Origin: Amoebophrya sp. A120
Lineage: Eukaryota > Protista > Dinoflagellata
Length of the DNA stretch: 64,000 nt
Reading direction: 5' to 3'
Assembly (NCBI GenBank): GCA_905178155.1
Contig: CAJINV010000003.1
Coordinates: forward strand, 10,175,979 to 10,239,978
Position numbers and translations under genes: made by a program. The notes beneath the pieces were generated by a model. It was given only the letters and a program-made list of their open reading frames with translations. It did no database searches and had not been told where the DNA came from. Shown here piece by piece: positions 12,651-26,370 of the stretch (positions are counted from its first letter, which is position 1; each line of letters starts with the position of its first letter).

Positions 12651-12976
12651 GAAGTAGCCGTACGCGCCGAGCCTATTTCAGCCTCTGTCTACAACCTCCG
12701 CCTCGTTTTCTTCGCTTTAATTCCAAAAAATACAGGACTGGCATCACAAAGCCACGCAGTTCCCCCGGCTACAGTGATCTACTCAGACGTCAAGTTTGAT
12801 TTTGCATTGCTTGCGTCGCGAATTATAATTGGCCAAGCATGAGGATGAGGAGAAATGGAATTTGTAATCATGCTGGTTTATATATGATCCTTATGTTGCA
12901 CTTGCAGTACTTAGAAGTACAAATGCGGTACCGATACTGGTGTTGCCCATGATAGATCATTGTCGCAGCTGAGCAG

Positions 12977-15900
12977 GCCATATCGCGAGCCGCGGCGACG
13001 AGAAGGATAAGCAGATGGACTTCGCAGCGTTTGCTGGACTACCACCAGACGAAGGCAGCTGTTCGTATTCTGATGCAAAACGTTCACAACTATTGCAGCA
13101 GCGACGAAACAGGCGAGGAAGCGCTGCGCTTACTGCTTCGAAACGCAGAGTCGGTACTTAATCCCATCCATCAATAGTACTAAGGCCGTTTTCCGTGCTG
13201 CTTTTCGACCAGAAAGACCAGCTCGAGATGATTCGTTTAAGTTTATCTTAGTGTTAGTGCGACGTGCTGTGTCTAGTACGCCTATTATGCAGGAATGCAG
13301 CACTGCTTCCAGTTCCAATATATAAGTCATATCAATTTCGCAGAAGGGGGCTCATCGATAATGCGCGCGCGCAGAACGCGCACCCGTAATATAGTAACGC
13401 GCGCCGGGCGGGGCTGCTGGCGGCTAGGGGTGGGGCGGGGCACAGGGTTCGCAGCCAGCGGCGGGGCTGATGGCGGCGTGGTTTCGGGGTGGGGCGCGAT
13501 GGTGGCGGCTGGGCTGGGCTGTAGTACAGGCATGTGGATGCGGTTGGATCAATCATGCGGCTCAACACGAGCAGCGAGAGGAGGCAAATGCGACGAACAG
13601 AAAGGCTGTTGGCAGGTCGTTGCTCTACGGTTTACGACTCGGAGGAAGCTTGATAAGTAGCTGTGGACTCACAAAAAAACGCCACTTTCGGCGTGTCGGG
13701 ATTAGACGAGACCACGAGGAAGGTCTTGCTCTTAACAACAAAGCCACTCATGGTCTATTTGTCGAAATTGGCCGAGATCCGGAGGAGCCTGCGAACTTTG
13801 TCACAAAAAAAGGCCAGTATTGACGACCACGACCCGGAGGAAGGGAGAAAGCAGTTCTCCTCTATACGAAAAAGGCCGCGCGCCGTTTCCTTCATTCGGC
13901 CACGACCCAGAGGCGGGCCAGGGCGTTGCTCTTTCCTTACGCAGGTGGCCGCGTTTCGTTTTCTTGGTTTGGCACTGAGGCATTCAGCGGCTTGCCTGTG
14001 GCCCAGAAGAGGGCCCGAGTGTTGTTTTCGCATCACAAAACCAGGCCCACCTCTTTTGTCTGAATTCCGCAGCAATATCCTGCGGCGCCGTTTTTTTTTC
14101 CTTTTTGTATTTTTATGGCTCAGAAAAAAGCACGAAAGCCAAAGTCTAGCCTTTTTCTTTTATCGCAGTGGCCACGTTTGAAAAAAAAAAAAACGCAAGG
14201 GAATGACCGAAGCAGGCGACTTGATTTGTTATGGGGGAGGGGGGCGCACTCTGTTGCTGCATCCGAAGCCGCGGAGCTTTAGAGTTTTACTTTTGTGAAG
14301 GCTCCCAACGTCTTGGCTGCGCTTTGGTTTTGCGCAAAAACTCGTGGCTATCACAGTGACGCAGGTGGGGAAGCGACGCGACAGGTTTCCTCTGCGAACA
14401 AGTCTCGGCGCATCTGCTTCGCGGTGCGTGCGTGGCTGTCTTTCTGTACGAAGGCGATTACACGACGGGGGGGGCGGTTGGGGGTGTCTGTTTGTTTTTT
14501 CTAGCACGGACCGCGTCCGCACTCTTTATCAATCTAGTAAGGTCAGCTCTCTGTCTCTGGCCGGAGGTCTCCCGTCTTCACCTATCATTAATGGTTAGGA
14601 AATATGAGCACAGCGCGAGCTCGCACAAAAATGACGCTTGCGCTCTAAGTTCACTGCTGGATGCCGTCACGGTTCGAATCGATAAAGGTCCTTCTTTCCC
14701 AGCATGGAGTGATGCATCTATGGTCGTTGGTGTTGCTAGGTTGACAACGCACGACCAAAACAGAAAAAACTAATTCCAGGTCTTTTACATGCCTGAGTTC
14801 GAGCACTTCGCTGACCTCTTTGTCCAGGACATCGTGCTTCCCTACCTGCTATTGACTGCAAATGTTTTGAGTCTGGCAATTGAGTTGTTATCTTTGTTTT
14901 ATATCGTAGCGAGCAGTGCACATGTCACGGGTAAGCCTAAAATTTAACAGCATCAGCTTTGCCAGATATTATTTGTCTGTGGCCCTGTTGCCTAATACGC
15001 ATGACATGGTCGGTTTTTGCATGATAAACAATTCTTTGGAGCGCTGCGGAAGCATGCATTCATAGATCATGTTTATGTCAGTGCGGGAGTATTTGTATTA
15101 TCCAGACCAGGAGATATTTGCAGTGCATACCTGTGCCGGCGCCGCATGGTTTCGGTCGGAGTGCGGTGGCAGATGGCCGGCCTCTTAACCACACTGCTGG
15201 CCCGGTTTCCGCAGGTTCGTGACGAAGCTGTCGGCGGGCTATTGTCTTTCATCGACTGCGCAGCAGAAGATCGAAAGGCGTATTCTAGCGGGCACGCCGC
15301 GCCCGCGCCGAGCTTGCATTGGGACGAGCAGGATACTGAAGGACGAAAGGTTCGCAGACGGCTGGAGCATCGCCGTGTCAACGGAAAGGCAGCCTTGCTG
15401 TCGCTTAGTAGAAGCGAAAACCAGTTGCCCGTCGTTAGCAAAGATGTTGACTCAGAGCAAGACGAGGATCATGGCGCAGTTGACCATATAGGCACGGACG
15501 ACGAAGAGCTTGACGATTCTGACTCAGATGGTCTATCAGCAGATGGCGATGAGGAAAATCTATCCCTCCGAGACGAAGCCGGGCAAGCCACGACAACTAT
15601 CACGGCAATGAATATTGAAGTCGACAGCGGCGCTAACCCAATTGCCGATTTCTTGCCAGGTCCCATTTCCGGAAGCGCCACTGTCAAGACGCTCGAGGAG
15701 GAAGCGGAGGAGGCTATCCTCACATTCGGCAACATGAACATCATGACGGTGCAAGTATCCAGATGAAAATTGCCCCGGCCCCCAAAGACAGACAAGGCGA
15801 GTGATTTGCTTTGCAAAGAATAAGAAGTTTTCACATCTTGGAGAGTTCTTGCGCAATGGGACTCTGACGCATTTTGCTTCAGACCCCAAGCCAGTTGGTT

Positions 15901-18317
15901 GCGCAGCTCTATTAATGTGATAGATATCGCCTCTGGTGCGGTGCCGATGTTCACGAGCACGACTGCAGAACTACGCTGTTCTGGGTCTGGAGCGTGCGCT
16001 GCTTAGTGCTTGTACGTATTTGACATGAGTGAAGCCTTAGAGTGCGAATATTCCTCGCATCATAGAGAAGCTTTGCTGGCCCTGTGCCATCCGGGCTTCG
16101 GTCATGTGCTCCCGCGTTGCGTAGACCTTCAAACCCTGGACTGCAATTGCGCCCTCTGATAAGCAATACTACAGCCACATCGAGGAGTGCGCTCTTCGGG
16201 GGAGGGGTTCGGGTTTGGGCGCCCGAGGTACTGGCGGCGCGAAGTCTGTCTAGCTGCAATGCAATCAATATCCCGGTCCGTGGTGGGGCTAGTTTTCACA
16301 TTGATAGATGAAAGGCCGAGATGATCCTGCGGGCGACCTCGACGACAGCCTAGACGAGGAACTGGGACAGGTGGAAGTCGACAAGGAGGATTTACTGTTT
16401 TTCGGTAGTAGCGACGAGCAGGTTCAGGGTGCTATGTGGGGCCTGATTCTCTGCGGAGTGGCGGTGGAGCGCCTCGCGGGCGTGCCGTGTTTAGCCGGAG
16501 AGGTCGAGTCCTGCAATCATTTACTTCGAACTGTGCACAGAAGATCGCACTCTCAATATGAATATGTTGCAAGGAAAGCTGCTGAATCGTCTGACTACGA
16601 TACTCTTAGCCTCATGATCCTGTAGCAGAGCAACGAGGTGCTATCTTTCCGGTCACCTAGTCATCTTCAACTGATTGAAGCAGATGACCTCCTGAGGCAG
16701 CCTTATTCTGCAGGCACGTCACTTGCATTTATTTTTCCGCATAATAATGCAATTGGAATTGCTCCTTGCTTACCTTAATTATATCTGTTCGCGCTTCGCG
16801 TTCGCCGGTTGTGTTTTCCGGCGATTAATATAGAGATTTTGTGGGTGCCGCTGCGTCTTCTGGAAGGTAAGGTGGGTAGGCGGTCGCCCGTTTTTTGCAT
16901 CGCATGCAAGTGGAGGAGCAAGTACTTTTTTCACATGAGTAATGTCGTTCGCGAGCGTTGCTGACCTTGAGTTGCGAAGCGAGAAGACCCGTGACAAGGT
17001 TTCGTTCCGGAAGATTGTTGTGTTGTCCTCTTGGCGTTAGTTTTTCTTTTTACTGATTAGAGCGATTATCCGAGTTGCATGACTTCTACGTTTGGTGAAA
17101 ACTATCAAAGCACTCTCCGTGATTTTCTCTGAATGGTCACAGCAATTCGGTCTGAGAAATCGGAGCTGTTGTTCCCGGCGCGGCCCGCGAACAATGGAAA
17201 ACTACCGGAGGCGGGGGATGGAGGTGACGTGTCACGTGTCGTGGCTGTCTATCGTTTTGCTGATGACGAAAACGAAGACTCATATTTCGCTATGGCAGCC
17301 GCGGAGGCTGAGCAACAGCCTCGTCGGGCAGATGGCAGCTTGCCGTGCGAAGACCTAGTGCGCGGGGTGGTGGAGGGATCCCATCTCCACGCAAAAACTG
17401 TCCACGGGCGCTCCGCGCCAAGTTGCATGACGAGGTACTCTTGCGCTGTGGAGCGTGAAGTCTACAAAAGATGGAAAAAGACCCCCGCGGCATTGCAGGC
17501 AGGCAGGTCGTGCAGAGACGACGAGCCTGTGGTGGATGATGAGAGGAGCAATACAGAAGTTGTAGTTTCTGGCGCAACAAGAGATACAAGGATATGTCGT
17601 ACTCGGCCGAACGACGAGGGTTGTTCTCTTCAGGGTTCATGTCGAAGCAGCAACCCCAAGCTTCTGAACACCACTGAGTCCAGCAGTGAGGACGACGCCG
17701 CGACGTCCTCCTCCGGGCTTCGAAACCGGAAGCAGATAGTTGGCAGGTCATCGCCGTCTGGAGCTTCGTGTAGGGAGCTCGGCGTCGTGAGTGAGTCTGT
17801 GCAAGACCACAGGCTTGAGATTGAAGCCTCGTCATCACAAATGAAGGAGGCCGCTTCTCCTGGTAGACCGCAGAAGTGCGCTGCTTTCCCTGCATGTGCA
17901 AAACGTGCGGAGGAGCACGACTTGGGGCCTTGGAACTTCTTGCAGAACTACACAAGCCTCGAACAACGACTCGACGCCATTTGGCGTGCCGTTGGTCCGA
18001 GTGACGGCCCGGATATGCAGCGGCTAAAGCAGGTCTTGAAAGAAAATTGCACACAAATTCGGGTCGCAATTGTAGGACCTCAGAGTGATAATGACGCGAT
18101 CGACGTTTCCCACGAGAAAGAGCAGACCAATGATGCTCATGGTGAGGACAGAAACGCTTTTGGGCCGAGCAATGCGGTGGTCCTGTACTCCTTCAAAGAC
18201 GGCAGCACCTTTTTCGGAGCGCCCCCGTTTCCGGAGGGTTCTTCGTCCACGTATATTCATCCAGGTGCAAAGATACCGATAAACATAGATATTTTTCCAA
18301 ATAGATCTTACTTCTAA
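12977..18317 (+). CDS. Multi-exon hypothetical protein (approximate exons 12977-13153, 13661-~13855, ~14540-14739, 15105-15754, 16308-~16500, ~16626-16713, ~17143-18317)
   Basis: Protein-like ORF segments (15017-15766, 16308-16625, 17133-18317) are linked by phase-compatible junctions. No domain was recognised and some junctions are unresolved. Confidence 0.6.
13155..13659. mobile_element. TIR-bounded intron of the G|TA...TA|G type (GT-AG intron 13154-13660)
   Basis: Ends TACTTAATC / GATAAGTA, left flank GTCGG. Splicing gives in-frame KRRVAVDSQKN. Confidence 0.55.
15756..16306. mobile_element. TIR-bounded intron of the G|TA...TA|G type (GT-AG intron 15755-16307)
   Basis: TATCCAGATGAAAATTGCCCC versus reverse complement TATCAATGTGAAAACTAGCCCC, left flank GCAAG. 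Joins TVQ/MKGRDD in frame. Confidence 0.75.
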
Positions 18318-20989
18318 ATTTCTCAAAAACTTGACATTCATAACTTGCAATCGTCGCTTGCCGGGTGCAGACAGCAAAAAAAGATCCAAGTGGTGAGAAA
18401 GCCACTAGTGTCGTGAATTTGTTGACCTGTGAGCCGGCTTCTACTTGTACTCGTGAGGGTGTGGGTTTTTTTCGCGCCGTAAAGAACTTGCTGGTGTGCA
18501 GTATGGGCGCGAACGTTCTAACGCGGCAGTGTTCTACTTGCTGCGTCTTGTCATGTGTCATTTTTGGCCCGAAATTTCTAAGCTGCCAAAGAAAGCGTCC
18601 TAGTCCTTCGACATGAAAAAAGTCCAGCGCCTCAGTCTGTTTGGCTTTGCGTTTGGGGCCAAACAAGCCCACCTCATTGCTATGGGTTACCGCTCGAAAA
18701 ACGACGCAAGTAGTAACCGCCTGACTCTGCCCAGTTGTGTCAGCGAAAATAAAGTGAGCGCAACAAAGAGCTTGGCCGTATGGCGGGACCGGAAAATTTC
18801 GGCTGTTTTGGCGATCGCGATAGCGGTCACCGCCAGGGCCAGTTTTAAGCCTCTCGGCAGGAGCTTTGCAAAAGTCACACTCTTGGAAAAGTAAAGCGTA
18901 TAACTATGCGCGGAAAACGCAACGCTCGCGAGGTTTCGGAAGTTTTTGCGCAAGGTATAGACGGCATGCGACTCGTCACGCATGCCCGTGCCATACTGTA
19001 GACGCAGGGAGTAAAAAAAAAGCGACTATCTGTCTACTGTAGTGCCTGAGGCTGAGCGGAGGACCAGGGCACACCTAGTGCGGTAGCTTCCGAGTGGCGT
19101 GCAGGCATGCGTTGTTGCTATAAAATTCCGGCGCTATGCTACTCGCCACGCCGCTAGGTGGCCTGCAGTGCCCATGTTGGGGGCCAAGAGGTATTTTTTG
19201 GTAGTGGAGCACCTCCTGGGGCAGAGGGTACGCTTGCCCGGCAGTACCCGAGTCGGTTAAAACTACAACTAATCATCGTGCTACTGCTCGGCGCAGGGTA
19301 TAGACGCAATGCTACTCCCCCATGCCATACCGTACAAACCCTTGCGACTCATCTCCATTCACAGATTGTGAAGAAGGTCAAGACTTTCGAAAGAAATAGT
19401 TGTGGAGTAGTAGTGCTTCACTTCGTCGTGACCATATTTATAAATATACATAGTATCAAAATCTATAATTTCTGTGTTGGAGGCTTTTATTGGGTTTTCA
19501 TGATTAGGAGTATATCATTCTACTTGCAGATCCTTCACTAGCGAGCTTCTATCGAGTTCATAACGGCGTCGGGCTCGTCTTATCTCCAGAGAAGGATTTA
19601 TGGAGACTATTAAGAAATCCAAAGGAGTTTCAGGGCGGCTCAGCCTTTTACGTATTTCCTGCCAGCCTAAGATACGAAGCGGGCCGTTGCCAGTCTTGTC
19701 ACTCTTCGGGGAAGACGGGTCATAACAATCCCGATGGATCGTCTTCACCTGGACCTGTTCACCTTCTCGGCCGCATAGACAAGAATTGTCTGGTTTTGTG
19801 CAAAAACAGCACGGACGATGACCCCTGCCAAGCGCCGCGCAGGAGTGCAGTTGGATATGCGGACAGCGGAGGCACTATCGAGTGGACTTCGGACGAGGCG
19901 CCCATAGTGTGTATGGCAAGTCGAAAGTTCCAATACCACCAAACTGCTTCTGGGTGAGGACGAGGGACGCTCCGGAGTGACTTTTTGATATTCCCGAATC
20001 AGCATCAACATTTGCATTAGGACAACTCTCATCTCATGTACATGTTCATGCAGCTTCTGCGTCGGCACTCTTCCGGGGTAGTTAGTTTCAAGGAAGTTCT
20101 TGCAACACAGTTACAGACGCAAAAAGCCAGGTCGAGCAGCAACAGAAGCGCCATGGTGATATAAACTCGCACTAGAAGGCGCGTCCTATTGTTCGCGCGA
20201 GCTGAGCGTGAGCACGGTCACGGTGTGCTCTACTGCATGGAATTGATGGGCGTCCCGGTTGGCAATCTGCCAAGCTCGGTCGTAGCAGCGCGACGGTGAA
20301 TCAACAACAAAGAAATAGGTACAGCATGTATCGCGGTGGGCGACTATGCTCGTGTACATACACCCGCTCCCGGCAAAGAAAACTAGCCTGTCTTTGACCG
20401 GTTTCGATAACCGATAAGCGCACGTATAATTCTGCAGCTGGAGTTTCTTGTGGTTTGGGATTCGACGTTGCATACACGTCGTTCGAGCGACGATCGAAAA
20501 CTTCGTTGGAGTTCTACAGTCGAGCTGCAGTCTCGACTGCCTGCACTAGCGTACTAGATTGGCTGCGTGCGGAGGGAAGAGGGACTCTTGGTCTTTAGCA
20601 TTCTAGAGATGCGTACTGTTTATATCAAAATGCCTTGGCTTGGTAAATGACAATCAAACTTTCTTGCTGGCATTATACATAGGGCAAAAATATACAAGAT
20701 TGGATACCTTGGACAGATGAAAAACGTTCCGAGGAGGCTACTTCCTTTATCCCCCGGGGGAGAAGCCGGGTTACCAAATAATACCTCTTGTATTGTAGGA
20801 TATTGGCGATAGTACACCTTATAGATACTGATGGTGCTGCAAACTTTTGTCGACTTCTTTTACCGCACTCAGGGCGTCGCTAACCCGAGGTGAAGCAATT
20901 GGATTCCGAAAAAAGAAAGAAAGAAAAAAAAAGAGGCCGGTACGCTCTGAGACGCAAAACCGGAAACGCGACGGGATTGCGGAGAACCC

Positions 20990-21330
20990 CCCGAGGGATC
21001 CGCCCGCTCCCCGGGGGATCCGCCCCTTCCCCAGGGGGGCCGCCGCTTCCCCGGGGATACGCCCACTCTTCGGGAGATCCGTCGGCTCTCCGCCCCTTCC
21101 CCGGGGGATCCGCCCATTTTTCGAGGGATCCGCCCGTTCTTCGGGGGATCCGTTCTTGCTTCGGGAAGTTCGCCCGTTCTCCGGGGGATCCGCTCGCTCT
21201 TTGGGGACTTCGCTGCTGCTTCGGGGGATCTACCCGCTGCCCGGGGGATCCGCCTTTGCTTCGAGAAATCCGCCCGCTCTTCACGGGATCCGCACTTGCT
21301 TTAGCGGGTCCGCCCGTTGCCCGGAGGAAA
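20990..21330. repeat. Degenerate GGGGGATCCGCCC tandem array, related array at 62970-63215
   Basis: Repeated GGGATCCGCC units at both loci. Confidence 0.8.
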
Positions 21331-21479
21331 AAAGTGCGCAAGTGTGCAACAGTGCCTGGCGAAGCGATGGCTTTCTCTGATCAGATTTTGGGCCAGGGAG
21401 GGTGAGATAGCAGGGCGACAGAGTGCGCAAGCCTGCAGCCGGGCCAGGACAGCCTCGTCCGAGAGACTGTTCGCCAAAA

Positions 21480-22560
21480 ATCGACCGCGCGCCTTCCTCG
21501 GGAGAGGGCTGTCGCAGACGGCCCAAGTTCGGCCACAGGATTCCGGAGGGGGTTGGGGAATCCTCGTCAGAACCCTCTGCCGAAATCGATGCCATACCAA
21601 CCAGCGGGAAGGGACGCCGCAGACGGCTGAATAGTCAAGGGCCGCGGTGGAATCTCCTCCGGAATCCCCGCCAGAAATCCCTACCGAAGTCGGGGCCTTA
21701 CCGCCGGGGCAAGGGCGTCGCAGGCGGCCCAACTTGGGCCCGAGGATTCCGGAGCGGATTTGGGAATCGATCCCATCAAAAGTCATCTCTACCGACCGAA
21801 ATCGAGGCCATGCCGCCAGGGAGGGGGCGTCTCAACTCAGGCAGCTCAATCTGGGCCGGAGGATTCCGGAGAGGATTTGGCAAACTTCTCCAGAATCCCC
21901 GACCGAAACGGAGGCCGTACTGCCGGGGCAAGGGCCTCAAGGGCGGCTCCACTTGGGCCAGGAGAGGACTACGGCGGGGGTTCTGGAGTGTTCCCTAAAA
22001 TCCCCCGTCGAAATCGAGGCCCTGCCGCCGGGGTATGGGCGTCGGTCGCAGGCGGCTCGTCTTGGGCCAGAGGCTTCCGGAAACGGTTTCGGAATCCTCT
22101 CCGGAATCGTCGTCAAAATGGAAGACCTTCCCCGAAACCGAGGCCATGCCGCCGGGCAGGGGGCTTCGGGCTCAGGCGGCCCAGTTTGGGCTTGAGGACT
22201 TCGAGCAGAGCTCCACAGGAATCCTTGTCAGAACCCCTCACCGAAATCGAGGCCACGCCGCCGGGGGAGGGCCGTCCGAGACGGCCCGGCCGATGGAGAC
22301 GGCCGAAGCAGGGGCAGGGGATTCCAGCGGGGATTTTGAAAGCCTCGCAAGGACCCCTCTGAAAATCCTCGCCCAGAAGCAGGCCCATACCGGCGGGGGG
22401 GGGCGTGGCGTGCGAGGCGGCGGGCTGGCGCAAGTTGGGCCAGAGGACTTCCGAGGGGGTTTTGGAATCCTTGCAGGAATCCGCGCCCGAATGTGAGGCC
22501 ATACCGCCGGGGGAGGGCCGGCTGACAGACTGAGACGGCCCACGTTGGGCCAGGGGACTC
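21480..22560. repeat. Degenerate tandem repeat of roughly 100-120 bp units (GGATTCCGGAG...GGAATCC...CCGAAATCGAGGCCATGCCGCCGGG)
   Basis: Recurrent motifs with internal GGATTCC/GGAATCC palindromes. Confidence 0.75.
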
Positions 22561-23229
22561 CGAAGGGCCTAGGGGTTGTGGAGGCAGGCCTCTCGGGCGC
22601 CCACCTGTCCTCGGGGTCCTTCAGCGAAGTCGCGGCCATAGCGCCGGGGCTGGCGGGGGCTTCTGGGACGGCTCGAGGCGGGCCAGAGTGCCCCGCCGCG
22701 GGCGGAAATGTGCGCAGGAAGGTTAGCCACGAGCACGACAGCAAGCGCGGTCGGTGGAAAACGCCACGGGGCTGCGCCATTTCAGTCGTTTTCGTGCTTC
22801 CGCGGGTCGGGTGAAGAAAGTGGCCCCAAACACGGCGGGGCTGTGGTGTCGTCGCGCATAGAGTGCACGCAACAAGTAGAAGGACGGGTCACGGCGGCAG
22901 GGCACTACAGTGGCCGCGCTGGTTTCCAGGTCTCCAGGGCCAGAAATTGTGTAGCCTTAGGGCCCAGAGCGTCCGTGGCCGTCGTTGTCATACAGTAAGT
23001 GGGGATGTCGTCGCGCTTCCGCTTGCAGTATATTCATTGCCAGCCTCGGGGAGAGCCCTGTTGGGCTCGCCTTGCCTTGGGGTTGTCGGTTGCAACCGGT
23101 AAGGCGGTGGCCGAGTAAGCCGCAAGGAGACAGGGGGAGAGGGTCCGAGTTCAGTGTGGGCGCCCGGCGTGCTCGCGCGCCGGTGTTCTCCTACTTGTCT
23201 CGCGCTAGGCGGATGCCCCATGCCCCGCC

Positions 23230-23470
23230 CGCGCTAGCCGGCTACCCCTTACCCCACCCGCACTACCTAGGTAGCTAGCCAGCCGGGCCGCCCTGCCGCT
23301 AGCCTGCCTCCCGGTTGCCGCAATCCTGCTGGCCACCGCTAGCCTGCTGGCTACCGCCAGCCTGCCGGCCACCACTAGGTAGCCTGCTGGCTACCGCGAG
23401 CCTACTGGCTACCGCGAGCCTGCCGGCTACCGCGAGCCCGCCCTGCCGCTAGCCTGCCTGCCAGCCGGCT
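23230..23470. repeat. GCTAGCCTGC-type low-complexity tandem repeat
   Basis: Direct inspection. Confidence 0.8.
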
Positions 23471-24629
23471 GCCGCTGGCCTTTCATTCTTAAAAATGCCA
23501 TTGAAGATCGTGGCCCGTAAGGATTTCCGCTCAAGAAAGTCGCCGCAACTCTTCGCCATGAGCCAGCCTGCTATCGGCCCGATTTGTGATGATTCAACAT
23601 TGTTGCCGAAGCACTCATAAAAATGCAGCATACCGTCGGCGCAAAACGAATCCCCATGGCCCTATCAATTCCCCGCCCGCCCATTTTTTAAGAGCTTCTG
23701 TAAGGGAAAACCTCTTCCGCTGCCCATGTAGCAACGTCCCGGCTCCGCGGCCGATGCAGCAAGGGTTTAAGGGTTCGCTTAGGATTCCGAACTTGATTTT
23801 AAATAAGAGGCTCATAGCTAAAACGGGCGGCGTTTCTTCAGGAGTTCACGCTGCCGAGCGGTTGCGACACTGGTCGCCAACTACTTACAATCAGGGACAT
23901 AGATAGTACGGCAAACAGTTGCTCGCTCGCCTGAAGAAGCGAGCACGCAATTGATTTTAAGAGGCTCTCTAAGGGGAAGCCTTAGCGGAAGTTTCTATAG
24001 GTGTTCCGTTTGTGAGAACAAGTAAAGGGAACTATCACGATTGATATTTGTTCAGGTGAAGGCTATGAGCTAAAGCGTCGCGTCAGTCGGGACCCTTCCC
24101 CTGTCGTTTGCCGACGTTAATCTTAGAGCGGTGATATTCATGTTGATGGGATTTTAATACGGATCTCATATATCATCGACCTATCTCCCGTATCAAAATT
24201 AAAAGTACTTACAAGTAAGATCGCATACGCATGCCGTTGGGTTTCAATTTTGTTTTCCCCAGGAAAAAGCAGGCGCATCATTGTCGGTACGTGTTTCGTG
24301 CTGTGCCTTTTTCGATCCTGCAGCTCCTGATGTACTATTTTTCTGTGCGAAATACAACCTGGTGGAGAGCTTTGCAATACTGACGTTGCTCCCCAGCAAG
24401 CGGCGGGTGACGACAAATGATTGCGCGAAACTTATTACAGTCTCGCTCTAGGACTAGGAGGTGTGACAAACAACGTCAGCGCACCGGTTGACCGCTTACA
24501 TATTCGTTCCGGAGATCAAAAAATAAAGCAAAATACAAATAGTGATCGGAAAAGATTGAGAGACCACGGAGACCGCATTTCTCGTCCGTTTTTCTGCTGC
24601 GTGCAAGGTCGTTTAGTCCTTGGTCGAAG

Positions 24630-26370
24630 ATGGTGGCTCTCGATGACGTTGTGGCGTTCACCGGCGTGCTTGGGAGCATCGGCATGTGCTCCTATTTTGC
24701 CTTCATGATGATACGAAAGCCAGAGGAAATGCTTGCCAATTTCGGTTATGTAGCGGCGGACAAAGAGCAGCTGTATCCGTTGGTGGTTTCGCTGATGCGC
24801 TACCTGGGGGCCGCGCATATAGCTTTCAGTAACTTTAACGTTAGTACTCGCCCCCTCGTGTACTTGAGTATTCATATGCAGAGAGCCCACGAACGTTCTA
24901 ACCAGGATTGGAGTTTTCTACTTGTCATATTCATCGTCTAAAATCAGTCGAGTGCTCTCTCCGGTGTTGCTTCGTTATAATATAACAAATCTCCCTCAAA
25001 CACTGTTTGATGTTGATCTCCAGGATAAGTGCTTGAAAAAACAAGAGTGACGCAGCCGTGTCGATGCTAGTGGTGGCCTTTTCAGGCGCCCGCCGCCTTT
25101 GATTTTGCTGGCAGGCAATTCGGGGACTCCAAAAATTTCCCAAAAGAAGAAGTGCCCGAAATGAGGACAGCGAACTCGTATGGTGTGGCAGGCGTCGACG
25201 ACTTGGGGCATTCAGGGCGATCCCGATCGCGAAAGCGGCAGCATGGCCGTCGGCTCCAAAGCCGGGGGCAGCTTCGCGACCGAAAGTCACGCTCGCATGA
25301 AAATGAAAAGGAAAGCAAAACAAAACGCAAAGCCTAAGCGCCGTACTTCGTATCGCAGCACTTACGCTGATATCTTTTGGGTCGTCCGTCCGCCGCATCT
25401 ACGGCGCCGTTCGCTTGGGGGGCCCAAGAAACTCGCCAAACTCGCAAAGTTGGGGCCGCTTGTTCATTGGCCGCCATGCTCATTCCGCGCGGCGTGGCGC
25501 CGGCCGCGGGGGTGCGGCTTGGGTGCGCCTAGAATGGAAAATAAAAACCGCGCGCGCCGCACCATTTTTTCACGCGCCCCCCCCTTAGCGTGGGTGTTCC
25601 GCCCGCTTTTCCGCAGCGCGTACTTTTGGAAGCTTCGCCGAAGCTGCAAAAGGCTTGATCCAAGGGAGCCGCTCCGTGCAAGAGTTGTGCGGCCGGTTTC
25701 TGGCTCGAGGCGAGAAAACGCCGCGGACCTCATTGCCTCCCCCCGCGGAGGCGGCAAACTAGTTCTGGCACTACTCAGCACGCTACCCAGCTGAGTCCGC
25801 TTGAGCCCATCGCTACTTGACAGCGATCGGACCGGGCCCGTCAATGTGGCAGGAAGCCTGACACCGATAGATGAGCCAAGTTGTCGAATGGGTACTTACT
25901 TTATATATATAAATATATACATACGAAGTAAGAAAGGTTGTAGAAGATCTAGATCTAGATCTAGTTCGCCCACTCGTGACCATGTTGCGGGATGGATATA
26001 CATCTGCCATTGTCCCCTTTGAACAAATGTCATCTCTCCGCTATCAGGTTTGGTTGCCACCTATTTGTTGGTCTTATCGGTGTTCTACACGGGGCTGTGG
26101 CAGACGTCGTTGACCTTTGTGGTGGTGTATGTTGCTGGCCTGGCCTGCGTGGCGGGGTACCGCGCATTTTACGAGGACCTAAAAACCCCAAAGAACTCGG
26201 CTGTCTCTGTTGAAGCCAACAAGAAGAACTTCAAAATTACCGGCGCGGCCCTGGCGGTCCTGCTATTTGCCGAATTCTTGCTGTGGTTGTACTCTCCGGC
26301 GTACGGGCAAAACTACGTAAACGATGCAGTGTACCCCGCGCTAAAAAATATTATTTATGCAACACTATGA
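24630..26370 (+). CDS. Small multi-pass membrane protein, 173 aa (exons 24630-24828 and 26048-26370)
   Basis: GT-AG intron 24829-26047 joins ...YLGAAHIAFS/LVATYLLVLSVF... in frame. Four to five hydrophobic segments. Confidence 0.75.
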
